A DNA stretch of 64,000 nucleotides. Origin: Acidobacteriota bacterium (GTDB lineage Bacteria; Acidobacteriota; Thermoanaerobaculia; Multivoradales; UBA5704). The stretch spans positions 150,392-214,391 of the forward strand of contig JBDTZG010000004.1 of the NCBI GenBank assembly GCA_040005235.1, in the 5' to 3' direction. A program made the position numbers and the translations under genes. The notes beneath the pieces were generated by a model. It saw only the letters and a program-made list of their open reading frames with translations, made no database searches and was not told where the DNA came from. Shown here one piece after another: positions 1-10,365 of this stretch (within the stretch, counting starts at the first letter, position 1; each line of letters starts with the position of its first letter).

Positions 1-1
1 A

Positions 2-424
2 GCCGGGCAGCAGAAAGATAGCGCGCCCCCGGGTCATCCCGGCGGCGGCCCGGGAAAGCATCGCGGCCGGTCCCACATCGGTAAACGAAAGCATTCGGAA
101 CAGCTCGCCGAATCCCTCGATCGGCCGTTCGAACAGCGGGGTCGCCGCCTCGATCGTCACGTCGCGGGGAGAAAAGCCGGTGCCTCCCGAGACCGCAACG
201 ACATCGACCCCCTCCAGCCCAAGGGCGGCGAGGACAGCCTCGCGCACCTCCGGGACCTCGTCGGGCACGATTTGGGTCGAGGCGACCGTATGACCGGCCG
301 CCTCGACCCGCTCGCGCATCGTCCCGCCGGAGGTGTCGGTCTCCGGCGTCCGCGAATCGCTCACCGTAATCAGCGCGAAGCCGAGCCGGGTGGGCGAATA
401 CTGCCGATGCTGTTCAGCGCTCAA
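2..424 (-). CDS. moaB: Molybdenum cofactor biosynthesis protein MoaB/Mog (3' end outside window)
   Basis: Manual translation from TTG at 424: MSAEQHRQYSP...ALITVSDSRTPETDTSG...VAVSGGTGFSPRDVTIEA...IEGFGELFRMLS...AMLSRAAAG...IFLLPG, typical MoaB motifs; absent from the ORF track because it is truncated. Confidence 0.9.
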   Translation of the reverse strand, partial: MSAEQHRQYSPTRLGFALITVSDSRTPETDTSGGTMRERVEAAGHTVASTQIVPDEVPEVREAVLAALGLEGVDVVAVSGGTGFSPRDVTIEAATPLFERPIEGFGELFRMLSFTDVGPAAMLSRAAAGMTRGRAIFLLPG

Positions 425-436
425 AGCGTCCCTCGC

Positions 437-694
437 TCAGCGCTTGAACCTGTGGTAGATGAAAAGCACGATCAAAGCGCCGAGAACGGCGATGATGAAG
501 CTCCGGAAGTCGAAGCCGGAAATGCCGCCAAAGCCGAGGAGCGTCGCGATCCAGCCGCCGATCACCGCTCCGACGATGCCGATCAAGGGAGTCACCACAC
601 AGCCGCCCGGATCTTTGCCCGGCATAATCATCCGGCTGAGCCAGCCGGCCAGTGCACCGAATACCACCCACGAGATCAAGCCCATTGCTTGCAT
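437..694 (-). CDS. GlsB/YeaQ/YmgE family stress-response membrane protein
   Basis: 85 aa, three Gly-rich hydrophobic segments (WVVFGALAGWL, IGIVGAVIGG, AVLGALIVLFIY); AGGAGG RBS upstream. Confidence 0.9.
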   Translation of the reverse strand: MQAMGLISWVVFGALAGWLSRMIMPGKDPGGCVVTPLIGIVGAVIGGWIATLLGFGGISGFDFRSFIIAVLGALIVLFIYHRFKR

Positions 695-816
695 CGAAAA
701 ATCCTCCTAGGAAAGAGTCACCCGGCGGATGAAGCCGGAATTTGTCCTGCGGACGGCCCAGAGGGCCGAGTGCGAAGAGAACGCGGCATCGGCGCCACGA
801 CCCGATACAATGAGAT

Positions 817-3489
817 ATGCACGACCCGCGCCCCCGACTCTTCCTGATCGACGGCTACTCGAACATCTTCCGAGCTTACTACGCGATTCGCAACCTCTCG
901 AACTCGCGCGGGGAGCCGACCAACGCCGTCTACGGCTTCATCCAGATGCTCCGGAAGCTCCTGCGGGAGGAGCGGCCGGAGCTGATCGGCGTGGCGCTCG
1001 ATCTCTCCGGCCGCACCGTCCGGACCGAGAAATACGAGGCCTACAAGGCGAACCGTCCGCCGACTCCCCCGGATCTCAAAAGCCAGATTCCGCTCGTCCG
1101 CCGGGCGCTTGAAGCGTACCGAATCCCGGTGCTTGAGCTGTTGGGCTACGAGGCGGACGACGTGCTCGGCACCCTCGCCTTGAAGGCCTCGGGCGAGGGG
1201 TACGACGTGGTCCTGGTCTCCGCCGACAAGGACCTGATGCAGCTGATCGGGCCGCACGTTTCGATGTACCACACCGGCCGCAACAAGTTGTACGGCCCGG
1301 CCGAAGTGACCGAAGATTTCGGCCTGCCGCCCGAAAAGGTGGTCGACGTTCTCGCGCTGATGGGCGACGCGGTCGACAACGTTCCCGGGGTCCCGGGGAT
1401 CGGCGACAAGGGGGCGAAGGCGCTGATCCAGGAGTACGGCACGCTCGAAGCGCTGCTCGATCGGGCGGGCGAGATCACCCGGAAGAGCTACCGCGAAAGC
1501 CTGACCGCCAACCGCGAGCTGGCCCTGCTGTCGAAGGAACTGGTCACCATCCATACCGATCTACCGATCGTCCTCGATCCTCTGGCCCTGCGTCTCGACG
1601 CGCCGGACGAGGACGCCCTGCGCAGCCTGTTCGGCGACCTCGAGTTCTTTTCGTTGCTCGAAGAGCTGAAGGCTTCGGCGCGGCAGAGCCCGTCCGAGAT
1701 CGTCGCTGCCGAGGAGATCGTCGACCGGGCCGCTTTCGAGCAGGCCGCAGCGGCCGCCATGGCGAACACGGCGGCTCCGGCTGCCCCGGCTTCGAACGCC
1801 GAGCTGTGCGTCCTCCTGCTCGGCACCGAGCCGCCCATCGGCCTCGCCTGGCTCGCGGGGGATGGCGTGCCGCGCTATGTCGACTTGCGTCGGGAAGGTC
1901 TCGCCGATGCCGCCTGCGAGGCGATCGGCACCTGGCTCGGCAACCCGGAGCTGAAGCTGGTCGGCCACGACTTGAAAGAGCTGCTGCGGCGGATCTGCAA
2001 CGCGCCGATCCAGGCAGATCTGTTCGACGAGATGCTCATCTCTTACCTCTTGAAGCCGTCGATCCACGGCCACGCGCTCGACGAGGTGGCGGTCGAACGG
2101 CTGAACCGTACGCTGCTCACGGCGAAAGAGGTCGGCTGGGACAAGGGCCAAGAGCCGCCGCAGGGAGACTCGCGACTCGGCATGTATGCCGGCGAGAGGC
2201 TCGAAGTGGTCCGTTCCCTGGCCGGCCCGATGCGCGGCGAGTTGGCCGCGGCGGGGTCGCTCGGAAAGGTCTACACCGAGATCGAGCGCCCGCTGATGTC
2301 GGTCCTGGTGCGGATGGAAGAGACCGGGATCCTGCTCGACGTCGAATTCCTGCATGCCATGGCGAGGGAGCTGAACGGAGAGATCCTCAAGTTGGAGCAA
2401 GAGATCTTCGACCTCGCGGGAGAGAAGTTCAACCTCGGCTCGCCGCAGCAGCTGGGTGTTCTCTTGTTCGAAAAGCTCGGCTATCCGGTGCTCAAGCGGA
2501 CCCAGAAAACCAAAAGCTATTCGACCGGCGCGGAGATCCTCGAAGAGCTGGCCGCCCGCGGCTACCCGATCGCCGAGCGTATTCTGCGCTATCGCGAGCT
2601 GACCAAGCTGCAATCGACCTACGTCGAGGCGCTGCCCGGCATGGTCGCCGCCGACGGCCGAATCCACACCCGGTTCAACCAGGCGGTCGCGGCGACCGGC
2701 CGGCTATCTTCGACCAACCCGAACCTGCAGAACATCCCCGTCCGCACCGAGATCGGCCAGCGCATCCGCCGGGCGTTCGTCGCCCCTCCCGGCCACCTGC
2801 TGGTAATCGCGGACTACAGCCAGATCGAGCTGCGCATCCTTGCCCACATCGCCGAGGATCCAACTCTCGTGGCGGCGTTCGAGGCGGGGGAGGACATCCA
2901 CCGGGCGACCGCGGCGACCGTCCTTCACGTCGATCCCGACCTGGTGACCCCCGAGCAGCGCCGGGCGGCCAAGGTGATCAACTTCGGCATCCTCTACGGC
3001 ATGAGCGCGTTCGGTCTCGCCGCGAACCTCAAAATCCCGCAGAAAGAAGCCGACCGGTTCATCCGCGAGTACCTGGAACGTTTTCCCGGCGTCCGGCGTT
3101 ACATCGAGGAGACGGAAGCCTCGGCGGAGCGCGACGGCAAGGTCGAGACGCTCTACGGCCGTGTCCGTTGGCTGCCCGACATTCAAAGCAAGAACCGCAA
3201 CCTGCGAGAGAACGCCAAGCGAATGGCGATCAACGCCCGCATCCAGGGCACCGCGGCCGACTTGTTGAAGCTCGCGATGATCGAGGTCGACGCCCGGCTC
3301 GCCAGGGAGCACCCGGCGGTTCGCCTGTTGCTCACCGTGCACGACGAGCTGGTGTTCGAGGTCCCGGAGGCCGACGCCGAGCGCGTCGCCCAGGTGGTCA
3401 AGGAAGAGATGGAAGGGGTGGCCCGGTTGCGCGTCCCGCTGGTGGTCGACACCGGTCGCGGCGCCAGCTGGTATGAGGCGAAAGGCTAA
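817..3489 (+). CDS. polA: DNA polymerase I
   Basis: 5'-3' exonuclease (LIDGY, YKANR, EADDVLG, DNVPGVPGIGDKGA) plus family A polymerase motifs (ADYSQIELR, RRAAKVINFGILYG, LTVHDELVFE). Confidence 0.98.
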   Translation: MHDPRPRLFLIDGYSNIFRAYYAIRNLSNSRGEPTNAVYGFIQMLRKLLREERPELIGVALDLSGRTVRTEKYEAYKANRPPTPPDLKSQIPLVRRALEAYRIPVLELLGYEADDVLGTLALKASGEGYDVVLVSADKDLMQLIGPHVSMYHTGRNKLYGPAEVTEDFGLPPEKVVDVLALMGDAVDNVPGVPGIGDKGAKALIQEYGTLEALLDRAGEITRKSYRESLTANRELALLSKELVTIHTDLPIVLDPLALRLDAPDEDALRSLFGDLEFFSLLEELKASARQSPSEIVAAEEIVDRAAFEQAAAAAMANTAAPAAPASNAELCVLLLGTEPPIGLAWLAGDGVPRYVDLRREGLADAACEAIGTWLGNPELKLVGHDLKELLRRICNAPIQADLFDEMLISYLLKPSIHGHALDEVAVERLNRTLLTAKEVGWDKGQEPPQGDSRLGMYAGERLEVVRSLAGPMRGELAAAGSLGKVYTEIERPLMSVLVRMEETGILLDVEFLHAMARELNGEILKLEQEIFDLAGEKFNLGSPQQLGVLLFEKLGYPVLKRTQKTKSYSTGAEILEELAARGYPIAERILRYRELTKLQSTYVEALPGMVAADGRIHTRFNQAVAATGRLSSTNPNLQNIPVRTEIGQRIRRAFVAPPGHLLVIADYSQIELRILAHIAEDPTLVAAFEAGEDIHRATAATVLHVDPDLVTPEQRRAAKVINFGILYGMSAFGLAANLKIPQKEADRFIREYLERFPGVRRYIEETEASAERDGKVETLYGRVRWLPDIQSKNRNLRENAKRMAINARIQGTAADLLKLAMIEVDARLAREHPAVRLLLTVHDELVFEVPEADAERVAQVVKEEMEGVARLRVPLVVDTGRGASWYEAKG

Positions 3490-3516
3490 GAGTCGCTTTC
3501 GGAAAGGAGCAACACG

Positions 3517-4173
3517 ATGGCTTTCGGTTTTGGCAATTCCAAATCGGCGATTCCGCGTCCCGAGGACGCGCTGGTCGGTCGTTCGACAGCGCTTTCAGTC
3601 CCGGAACGTCATTTCGTACTCGGCACGCCGCTCGCTCCCCCGTACCCGGAGGGGATGGAGCTGGCGCTGTTCGGTCTCGGCTGTTTCTGGGGCGCCGAGC
3701 GCCTGTTCTGGCAGGTGCCGGGGGTCTATTCGACTTCGGTCGGCTACGCCGGTGGCTACACCGCGAATCCGACCTACCGTGAGGTCTGCAGCGGCCAGAC
3801 CGGCCACACGGAGGTGGTGCGGGTGGTGTTCGATCCCGCCCAGGTGAGCTATGCCGCGTTGCTCCAGCTGTTCTGGGAGAACCACGATCCGACCCAAGGC
3901 ATGCGCCAGGGGGGCGATGCCGGAACCCAATATCGCTCCGCGATCTACACCTACGGCGCCGAGCAGGCCGCGGCGGCGACCGCCAGCGGCGCCGCCTACC
4001 AAGAGCGCCTCAACGCCGCGGGCTACGGAGCGATTACCACCGAGATCGTCGCTGCCCCCGAGTACTACTTCGCCGAGGACTACCACCAGCAATACCTGGC
4101 GAAAAAGCCGGACGGCTACTGCGGTATCGGCGGGACCGGGGTGTCCTGCCCGATCGGGTTGGCTGCGGTATAA
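3517..4173 (+). CDS. msrA: Peptide-methionine (S)-S-oxide reductase
   Basis: GCFWGAE active site, [24 protein letters not shown]-terminal GYC...SC. Confidence 0.97.
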   Translation: MAFGFGNSKSAIPRPEDALVGRSTALSVPERHFVLGTPLAPPYPEGMELALFGLGCFWGAERLFWQVPGVYSTSVGYAGGYTANPTYREVCSGQTGHTEVVRVVFDPAQVSYAALLQLFWENHDPTQGMRQGGDAGTQYRSAIYTYGAEQAAAATASGAAYQERLNAAGYGAITTEIVAAPEYYFAEDYHQQYLAKKPDGYCGIGGTGVSCPIGLAAV

Positions 4174-4183
4174 TTTCCAAGCG

Positions 4184-4783
4184 ATGCCTATCGCTCTGCT
4201 GGAAGAACCGCCGCTCGCGTTGCCTGGGTCTTTGGGTCCCTATCGGGCCAAGGATTACGCGAACCTTCCCGATTCGCCGCGCTGCGAGCTGATCCAGGGG
4301 AACTTCTACGTGCCGCCGAGCCCCGCGATTCCCCACCAGTTCCTCGCCTTCGAGCTGGCCAAGCGGCTCGATGTCCCTGCCCGGGAAGCCGGGGGGTACG
4401 TGTTCATGGCTCCCCTGGACGTCCGCCTCGCCGATCATTCGATCGTCCAGCCAGACGTGATCTACGTCTCGGCAGCGCGGCGCGGAATCCTCGGCGATCG
4501 CCAAGGCTGGATCGAGGGCGCGCCCGACCTGCTGATCGAGATCCTTTCGCCAGGAACCGCCCGGCGCGATCGGGTGCAGAAGCTCGATCTCTACGCCCGT
4601 TCAGGGATCGCCGAGTACTGGATCGTCGAGCCGGCCGAGCGCCAGATCCAATTCCTGGTGAACGAAAACGGCCGTTTCGTCGTCGCCCTGCCGGACGGCT
4701 CCGTCTATCGCTCCGCCGTCCTCGCCGAGATCAACCTCGACCTCGAAGCCTTCTGGGCCGAAGCGTCCCGCCGGCTCGGCTAA
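4184..4783 (+). CDS. Uma2 family (PD-(D/E)XK) endonuclease
   Basis: Start reassigned to ATG 4184; ELIQG, PSP..PHQ, VQPDVIYV, PDLLIEILSPGT, KLDLY..GIAEYWIV. Confidence 0.88.
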   Translation: MPIALLEEPPLALPGSLGPYRAKDYANLPDSPRCELIQGNFYVPPSPAIPHQFLAFELAKRLDVPAREAGGYVFMAPLDVRLADHSIVQPDVIYVSAARRGILGDRQGWIEGAPDLLIEILSPGTARRDRVQKLDLYARSGIAEYWIVEPAERQIQFLVNENGRFVVALPDGSVYRSAVLAEINLDLEAFWAEASRRLG

Positions 4784-6033
4784 GAGCGAAGTAGTCGGGC
4801 CAACCCCCCGTCGATCGCTTTCTTGATGTCCCGCATGCTCCGCGTGCCCACCCCTGCCCGGCGGGCGTGAGCCCGCCACTCGGCCGCAGCCGCAGCGACC
4901 TGATCGAGGATCGATTCGGCGTCTGCGGCCTCGATGCCCGCCGGGGCAGCGAGTTTGAGCAGGTGCCGGCGGGCCGGCGCTCGGCCCTCGCCCGCGACAG
5001 TCATCGTGTGTTCCCCGCCGGGTCCCTCGGCAAACACGAGGTCGTAGGCCGGTGCCAGCTCCCAGACGCCTTCGTCGGTCATGCGGAAGGCGAAGTTCTT
5101 CACATGGTCGTCCCGATTGTGGGTCAGCACGTTGAACGCCATCCTGCGGTAGCACTCCAAGACGTCCCGGTGACTTCGAGTCAAGATCCGCGTCACTTCA
5201 AGCAACTGCCGGTAGTCGCAGCTCGGAATGCGGAAATTGGCATGGATGAGGTTGCCGAAGGTATGCACGTGGTACCGGCGGTTGCCCTTCCGGTCGAAGC
5301 GTTCCACGCCGAAAAACCGCTCTCCCTCCGCCGTCTCGAATAGGCGAGTCGGCGGCATCGTGAGGCCCGCTTCCTTCGCCATCAAGGAATAGGCAAGCTC
5401 GGTCGGGCCTGCGTCGGCCGATTCCGCATGGGCGGGGAACTTGACGATCCAATGGGAATACCCAGCGGGCAGGTCGTCTTCCCCCGAGAGGATCGAATCG
5501 CCGCGGACGCCCACCAGTACTTTGGGCCGAGCCCCGCCGGGACTTCCCCCCGCGCGCAGCAAGAGAGGCAACACCTCGCCTGCCTCACCCTCGATGACCT
5601 GCCGGGAGGCGAGAGCCATGCGATGGAGGTCGAGAATTCGATCCGTAGAATCCGAGGGCTCGATCGGCGGGTGATAGGTGAGCGCTCCCATGGTTCGGCT
5701 GCCCAGGTAGGCCAATCGATCCAAGACCGAGATTTCGGCCAGAGCCGAGCCTTGCTGGCGAAAGAATCGATCCATCAGCAGAAGGCCCCAACCATCCGGC
5801 AACGAATCGTCGAACAAACCGAAGATCGGGCCGAAGTCGTGGTCGCGGTGCTCGATGAGCCCGGCCTGCGGCGGCAGCTTGAAAGGCGAAAGCCAAAGCG
5901 GATCGGCAAGGAAGGCGGAATCGTATTCGAACACCGGTTGCCGTCCCGCCGGCCGGGCTCCGTTCTCCGCCAGCCGGCCGACGAGGCGTTCCTCGCCCGG
6001 TTCGCGGTGGAGGCGCACTTCCAGCCTCTTCAT
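4780..6033 (-). CDS. hipA: HipA family Ser/Thr kinase toxin
   Basis: N-terminal DSLPDGWG, P-loop SPGGARPK, catalytic NRDDHVKNF, LAPAYDL. Confidence 0.93.
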   Translation of the reverse strand: MKRLEVRLHREPGEERLVGRLAENGARPAGRQPVFEYDSAFLADPLWLSPFKLPPQAGLIEHRDHDFGPIFGLFDDSLPDGWGLLLMDRFFRQQGSALAEISVLDRLAYLGSRTMGALTYHPPIEPSDSTDRILDLHRMALASRQVIEGEAGEVLPLLLRAGGSPGGARPKVLVGVRGDSILSGEDDLPAGYSHWIVKFPAHAESADAGPTELAYSLMAKEAGLTMPPTRLFETAEGERFFGVERFDRKGNRRYHVHTFGNLIHANFRIPSCDYRQLLEVTRILTRSHRDVLECYRRMAFNVLTHNRDDHVKNFAFRMTDEGVWELAPAYDLVFAEGPGGEHTMTVAGEGRAPARRHLLKLAAPAGIEAADAESILDQVAAAAAEWRAHARRAGVGTRSMRDIKKAIDGGLARLLRS

Positions 6034-6335
6034 AGGCGGCCTCTCTTGCGCTCAGGCCGCTTCTCCGCTTTCTCCATTTCGGCGATCGAAGACGCGGGAG
6101 GGAGCTTCAGCAACGAGGCGAAGTCGTCCAACCGGTAGAGCGCAAAGGCCAGGGCGAGCAGGCTTTCGAGCGAAATTCGACCCGACTCCTCGAATCGCCG
6201 CAGGGAGGCGAGGCTGACTCCGGAACGTTCCGCCAGCGTGATCTGCTTCCATCCTTGCGTCAGCCGCAGAGCCCTGGCGCGGCCCGCAAGGTCCTTCGCG
6301 ACCTGCTCGGGGGTGGTGAGTGAGAATCGGTCCAT
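6030..6335 (-). CDS. XRE-type HTH antitoxin (HipB-like)
   Basis: RLTQGWKQITLAERSGVSLASLRRFEESG HTH; ATGA overlap with hipA. Confidence 0.9.
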   Translation of the reverse strand: MDRFSLTTPEQVAKDLAGRARALRLTQGWKQITLAERSGVSLASLRRFEESGRISLESLLALAFALYRLDDFASLLKLPPASSIAEMEKAEKRPERKRGRL

Positions 6336-6369
6336 CGGCTTAAGCCTCCCGATCGGTAGCCATGTTAGA

Positions 6370-6383
6370 GCTATTATAGTAGC
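6370..6383 (-). promoter_or_regulatory. Putative -10 box (TATAAT on minus strand) inside an imperfect palindrome; candidate autoregulatory operator of hipBA
   Basis: GCTATTATAGTAGC vs its reverse complement GCTACTATAATAGC, in an AT-rich patch upstream of the antitoxin. Confidence 0.45.
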
Positions 6384-6553
6384 GGTAGATGCCGAAAGGA
6401 CGGGTTAAACGTTCGCAGAAGGGCGCTTCGAAGAGGCTGCCTGCTTCTGCGGCCGGGAGACGCCCCGACGGGCTAGCACCCGGCAGGGTCGTGGTTGGGT
6501 GCCGGGGCGTCGCTACGGTCGCCCTACCCGGGCGGGCTCGCTATACTGCCGCG

Positions 6554-7996
6554 GTGCGTCGCTTCGCCCTTCTGATCGTTCTCTTCGCCCTCCCGCTCTG
6601 CCTGGTTCCGGGGCGGGGGACGGGGGGTGTCCCTTCGCCGCTGGTCACCGCGCTCTCGGTAGAGGTTTCGGCGACCTTGCGCAATGCCGCTGCGCCCGGG
6701 GTGTTCGTCGCCCGCATCGACGACGGCGAGACGGTTTTCGATTTCGACGGCGACACGCCGCGCATCCTCGCTTCGAATACCAAGCTGCTGACTACGGCCG
6801 CCGCGCTGGACGCCTTCGGTCCGGGGTACTTCTTCGAGACCCGCTTTCTCTCCCGGGGCGACGTGCGCGACGGGGTACTGCGGGGCGATCTGGGGGTGGT
6901 GGGCGGCGGCGATCCCAGCATTTCCGGCCGCGATTGGGCGGGCGACTCCTATGCCGTGTTCCGCCAATGGGCGGCGGCTCTGCGGGCGCGCGGAGTACGG
7001 CGAGTGGCAGGTGACCTTTATCTCGCTCATGGGCTGTTCGAGGCGCGGCGCATTCATCCCGATTGGCCGACCGAGCAGCTCGACGCCTGGTACGAGGCGC
7101 CGATCGACGCGCTGTCGTTCAACGACAACTGCATCCTGATCCGCGTTCGCCCCGGGGCGGCCGGCCAGGCGCCGCAGATCGAGACGATCCCGCCGGTCCA
7201 ACTCCTGCGGGTGGACAATCGCGCGAAGACGGTCGCCGGCCGGTCGAACAATCCGGTGGTGCGCCGCGAAGGGGATTTGCTGATCGTCTCCGGCAAGATC
7301 GGTACCGCGAACGGTCCGTTCGACACCTGGATTTCGGTGCCCGATCCGACCCTCTATTTCGGCCTATCGTTGATCGATGCCCTGCGCGAGGAGGGTATCC
7401 AGGTCGTGGGCAAGGCGCTGCCGGTCGAGGGCCTGCCCGGCGAGGTTTGGGAGCGGCTCGCGGCCTACAAGAGCGGATTGCTTTCGGCAGTCGAAGTGGC
7501 GAACAAACGGAGCCAGAACTTCTACGCCGAAAGCCTGGTCAAGCTGCTCGGCGCACGGCGTTGCGGCCACGGCGGTTGGCACGAGGGCACCGAGGCGGTT
7601 GCTGAGTTCCTCCTCTCCTTCGGCGTGCCGGCCAGCTCGTTTCGGCTCGCCGACGGCTCCGGCATGTCGCGCGGCAACCAACTCTCGCCGCACCAGATGA
7701 CGCGCCTGCTGCGGCACATGTGGTTCCACCCTTCCGGGGCCGAATTCGTTCATTCGCTGCCGTTCGGCGGCGAGGACAACGGCGGCTGGAAGTCGCGCCT
7801 CGCGAGTCCCCCCTACCAGGGCAACGTCTTCGCCAAGACCGGTACCCTCGCCGACGTATCGAGCCTGTCGGGTTATGCCCGCGCTGTGTCGGGTCGGGTC
7901 TACGCGTTCTCGATCCTCCTGAACCAGACGCGCAGCAACGAGGAAGCCCACCGCGAGCAGGATCGGATCGTCAAAGCGATCATCGATCAGGGCTGA
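6554..7996 (+). CDS. dacB: D-Ala-D-Ala carboxypeptidase/endopeptidase (PBP4, peptidase S13)
   Basis: SxxK (ASNTK), GGGDP, SxN (SQN), DGSG, KTG; signal peptide from GTG 6554, which follows TATACT. Confidence 0.92.
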   Translation: MRRFALLIVLFALPLCLVPGRGTGGVPSPLVTALSVEVSATLRNAAAPGVFVARIDDGETVFDFDGDTPRILASNTKLLTTAAALDAFGPGYFFETRFLSRGDVRDGVLRGDLGVVGGGDPSISGRDWAGDSYAVFRQWAAALRARGVRRVAGDLYLAHGLFEARRIHPDWPTEQLDAWYEAPIDALSFNDNCILIRVRPGAAGQAPQIETIPPVQLLRVDNRAKTVAGRSNNPVVRREGDLLIVSGKIGTANGPFDTWISVPDPTLYFGLSLIDALREEGIQVVGKALPVEGLPGEVWERLAAYKSGLLSAVEVANKRSQNFYAESLVKLLGARRCGHGGWHEGTEAVAEFLLSFGVPASSFRLADGSGMSRGNQLSPHQMTRLLRHMWFHPSGAEFVHSLPFGGEDNGGWKSRLASPPYQGNVFAKTGTLADVSSLSGYARAVSGRVYAFSILLNQTRSNEEAHREQDRIVKAIIDQG

Positions 7997-8014
7997 AAAG
8001 CCGACCTGGGGAGA

Positions 8015-9292
8015 ATGCCGGAGATGTCCATAGAAGTCCGCGCGGTCAACTACCGCGAGTTGATGAAGAAAGTCGAGCAGGTCGTTTCCGCGATCGACCG
8101 CTCGGACGACGTGTCGAGCACCATCCAGACGGTGATCGAGACGATCATTCAGAAGTTCCGCGACGAGCTGGGCATCTACGGTGGCCGGCTCTATCGCCTA
8201 GAGGGTAACCAGTACGTGCTCGAAGGTCTGTTCGGCGACGCCGCCCCGGTCGAGCTCGGCCTCAAGATCCCCTGGTCGTACCCGCCGTTCGAGAGGCTGG
8301 CAGAGGACGGCGTGGTCTATATGGCGGCGGACGATCCGGGGGTCGATCCCGAGCTCGAAGCGAAACTCGGCGTGCAGCGCTTCGCCGCGGTCGAGGTGGG
8401 CGACGAGGATTTCGTGCTTGCCTTCGATATCGCACCGGGAGTCTCAGCCGACGACGTCCGTTTCTCGCTCGGCATCCTGCGCCACAGCATCAACGAGAAA
8501 ATCCGCCGCGAGCGGATGCGCACGCTGTTTGAAGAGGCGCGGAAGATCCAGGCGTCGATCCTGCCGCGCCGGGTGCCCAGCTACGGCCAGTTCGATCTGT
8601 TCGGCCGGTTCGAGCCGATGGAGAGCGTCGGCGGCGACTTCTTCGACTACATCCCGCTCACCGAAAAGATCCTGGGGCTCGCGATCGCCGACGTCTCGGG
8701 CCACGGCCTGACCGCCGCGCTCCAGGTCCGCGACATCTACATGGGCCTGCGCATGGGGCTCGCCCGCGACCTGAAGATCGTCCGCACGGTGGAACGCCTG
8801 AATTCGATCATCCATCGCAGCACGCTCACCAGCCGTTTCGTCTCCATGTTCTACGGCGAGCTGGAGCTGAACGGCACGTTCATCTATGTGAACGCCGGGC
8901 ACCCGCCGCCGTTTCACCTGGCGGCCGACGGCACTTGCCGTTTGCTGGAAGAAGGAGGCCCGGTGCTCGGCCCGCTCGCCTCGGTCTCTTACGAGCGCGG
9001 CTTCGTGATCATGAGGCCGGGCGACATGCTGGTGTTCTACACCGACGGCATCGTCGAGGCACTGGGCAAAGGAGAGGGCGCCGAGCGCGAAGAGTACGGC
9101 CTCCGCCGCCTGATCCAGGTCGCAAGCGCGAACCGCGGTCCGTCGGCCCAGGCGGTGGTGGAAGCCGTCTTCAAGGACGTCGAACGTTTCTCGGATGGCG
9201 AGCCGCCCCAGGACGATCGAACCGTCATGGTGGTCTGCCAACCGCCAGGGGATATCCCCACCCAGGCGTTTCCGCGGCCACGGTTCGTGTAG
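8015..9292 (+). CDS. PP2C/SpoIIE (RsbU-like) Ser phosphatase with GAF-like N-terminus
   Basis: GGDFFD, IADVSGHG, NAGHPPP, YTDGIVE, QDDRT. Confidence 0.92.
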   Translation: MPEMSIEVRAVNYRELMKKVEQVVSAIDRSDDVSSTIQTVIETIIQKFRDELGIYGGRLYRLEGNQYVLEGLFGDAAPVELGLKIPWSYPPFERLAEDGVVYMAADDPGVDPELEAKLGVQRFAAVEVGDEDFVLAFDIAPGVSADDVRFSLGILRHSINEKIRRERMRTLFEEARKIQASILPRRVPSYGQFDLFGRFEPMESVGGDFFDYIPLTEKILGLAIADVSGHGLTAALQVRDIYMGLRMGLARDLKIVRTVERLNSIIHRSTLTSRFVSMFYGELELNGTFIYVNAGHPPPFHLAADGTCRLLEEGGPVLGPLASVSYERGFVIMRPGDMLVFYTDGIVEALGKGEGAEREEYGLRRLIQVASANRGPSAQAVVEAVFKDVERFSDGEPPQDDRTVMVVCQPPGDIPTQAFPRPRFV

Positions 9293-9304
9293 TTGGGCGC
9301 CGCC

Positions 9305-9970
9305 TCACCCCAGCGGCACCATCTCCAACTCCTGCCGTAGCTTGATCAGCAGCTTCTCGGAGTACACCCCCGATCGCAGCTGCACCCCGGGGTAGATCTG
9401 CGTCTCCCGCCCGACCACCACGCCCGGGTGAATCACACAGTTGCACCCGGTCTGCACGTGGTCCCCGAGCACCGCGCCGAGCTTCCGCCGCCCGCTGGGC
9501 CGATCCTTCCCGACGTAAATCTCCCGTCCGTCGTGGCGGAAGTTCGACAGGATCGTCCCGGCGCCCAGGTTGACCTCGGCCCCGAGGATCGAATCGCCCA
9601 CGTAGTTCAGATGCGGAGCCCGGGCGCCGGGCAGGAAGATCGCCCGCTTCACTTCGGTATTGGCCCCGATCACCGCCCCGTCGCCGATCCAGACCCCGCC
9701 GCGCAAATACGCTCCGGGCCGGATCTCCACGTCTTCGCCGATCCACGCCGGCCCCTCGATCACCACACCAGGAGCCAGCCGAGTCCCCCGGCCGATCGCG
9801 ATCCGATCCCCGCCAAGCGAAACCTCCGGCGGCACCCCGATCTCGATCGCCGAAGAGGGGAGGGCGTCGAGAATCTCGTCGAGCGCTTCCCCGAGCAGCG
9901 CCCACGGCGCATCTGGATCGAAGCGAGCGCGGAAGGGCTCAGGCAGGTCGGCGAAGAGAGGGGGCAGCAT
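9305..9970 (-). CDS. Left-handed beta-helix (hexapeptide) acetyltransferase, GlmU C-terminal-like
   Basis: Hexapeptide repeats, HLNYVGDSILG, LGAGT, RRKLGAVLGD. Confidence 0.88.
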   Translation of the reverse strand: MLPPLFADLPEPFRARFDPDAPWALLGEALDEILDALPSSAIEIGVPPEVSLGGDRIAIGRGTRLAPGVVIEGPAWIGEDVEIRPGAYLRGGVWIGDGAVIGANTEVKRAIFLPGARAPHLNYVGDSILGAEVNLGAGTILSNFRHDGREIYVGKDRPSGRRKLGAVLGDHVQTGCNCVIHPGVVVGRETQIYPGVQLRSGVYSEKLLIKLRQELEMVPLG

Positions 9971-10071
9971 GGGGGCGGGGGGATTATAGGCGGGTTCCGG
10001 GACCTCAGAGGGGATCTCTAAGGTGGGGCACCCTCCGCAAGGTCCGCAACCTGCGCTAGTATCTGACTACT

Positions 10072-10365
10072 ATGAAGACCATCCGCGCCGTAGCCTTCCG
10101 AAGTGGTGATTGGTGGGTCGCGCAGTGCCTTGAATATCGCATCGCCACGCAATCAAGGCGACTGGAAGATCTTCCCTACGAGCTCGATCGCCTGCTCAAA
10201 GTACAGATCGCCGCGAGTCTGGAGATGGGTATCGAACCCTTCTACGGTTTTTCTCCCGCTCCCAGGAAATACTGGGAGATGTACGAGAAAGCCACCTCCC
10301 GAGTGGAGCCGGTTCGCAAGCGGGAGCAAGAAGGCCCTCAGTTTGAAACACGGATCGCCGCTTAG
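10072..10365 (+). CDS. HicB-like protein (N-terminal HicB-type fold, no obvious DNA-binding domain)
   Basis: WWVAQCLEYRIATQSRRLEDL resembles the HicB beta-beta-beta-alpha 'xtqG.t.eea' pattern. Confidence 0.6.
   Translation: MKTIRAVAFRSGDWWVAQCLEYRIATQSRRLEDLPYELDRLLKVQIAASLEMGIEPFYGFSPAPRKYWEMYEKATSRVEPVRKREQEGPQFETRIAA

Noticed and set aside
1740-2250. Degenerate 3'-5' exonuclease domain of PolA
   Set aside because: Loss of proofreading motifs is common in bacterial Pol I; not novel
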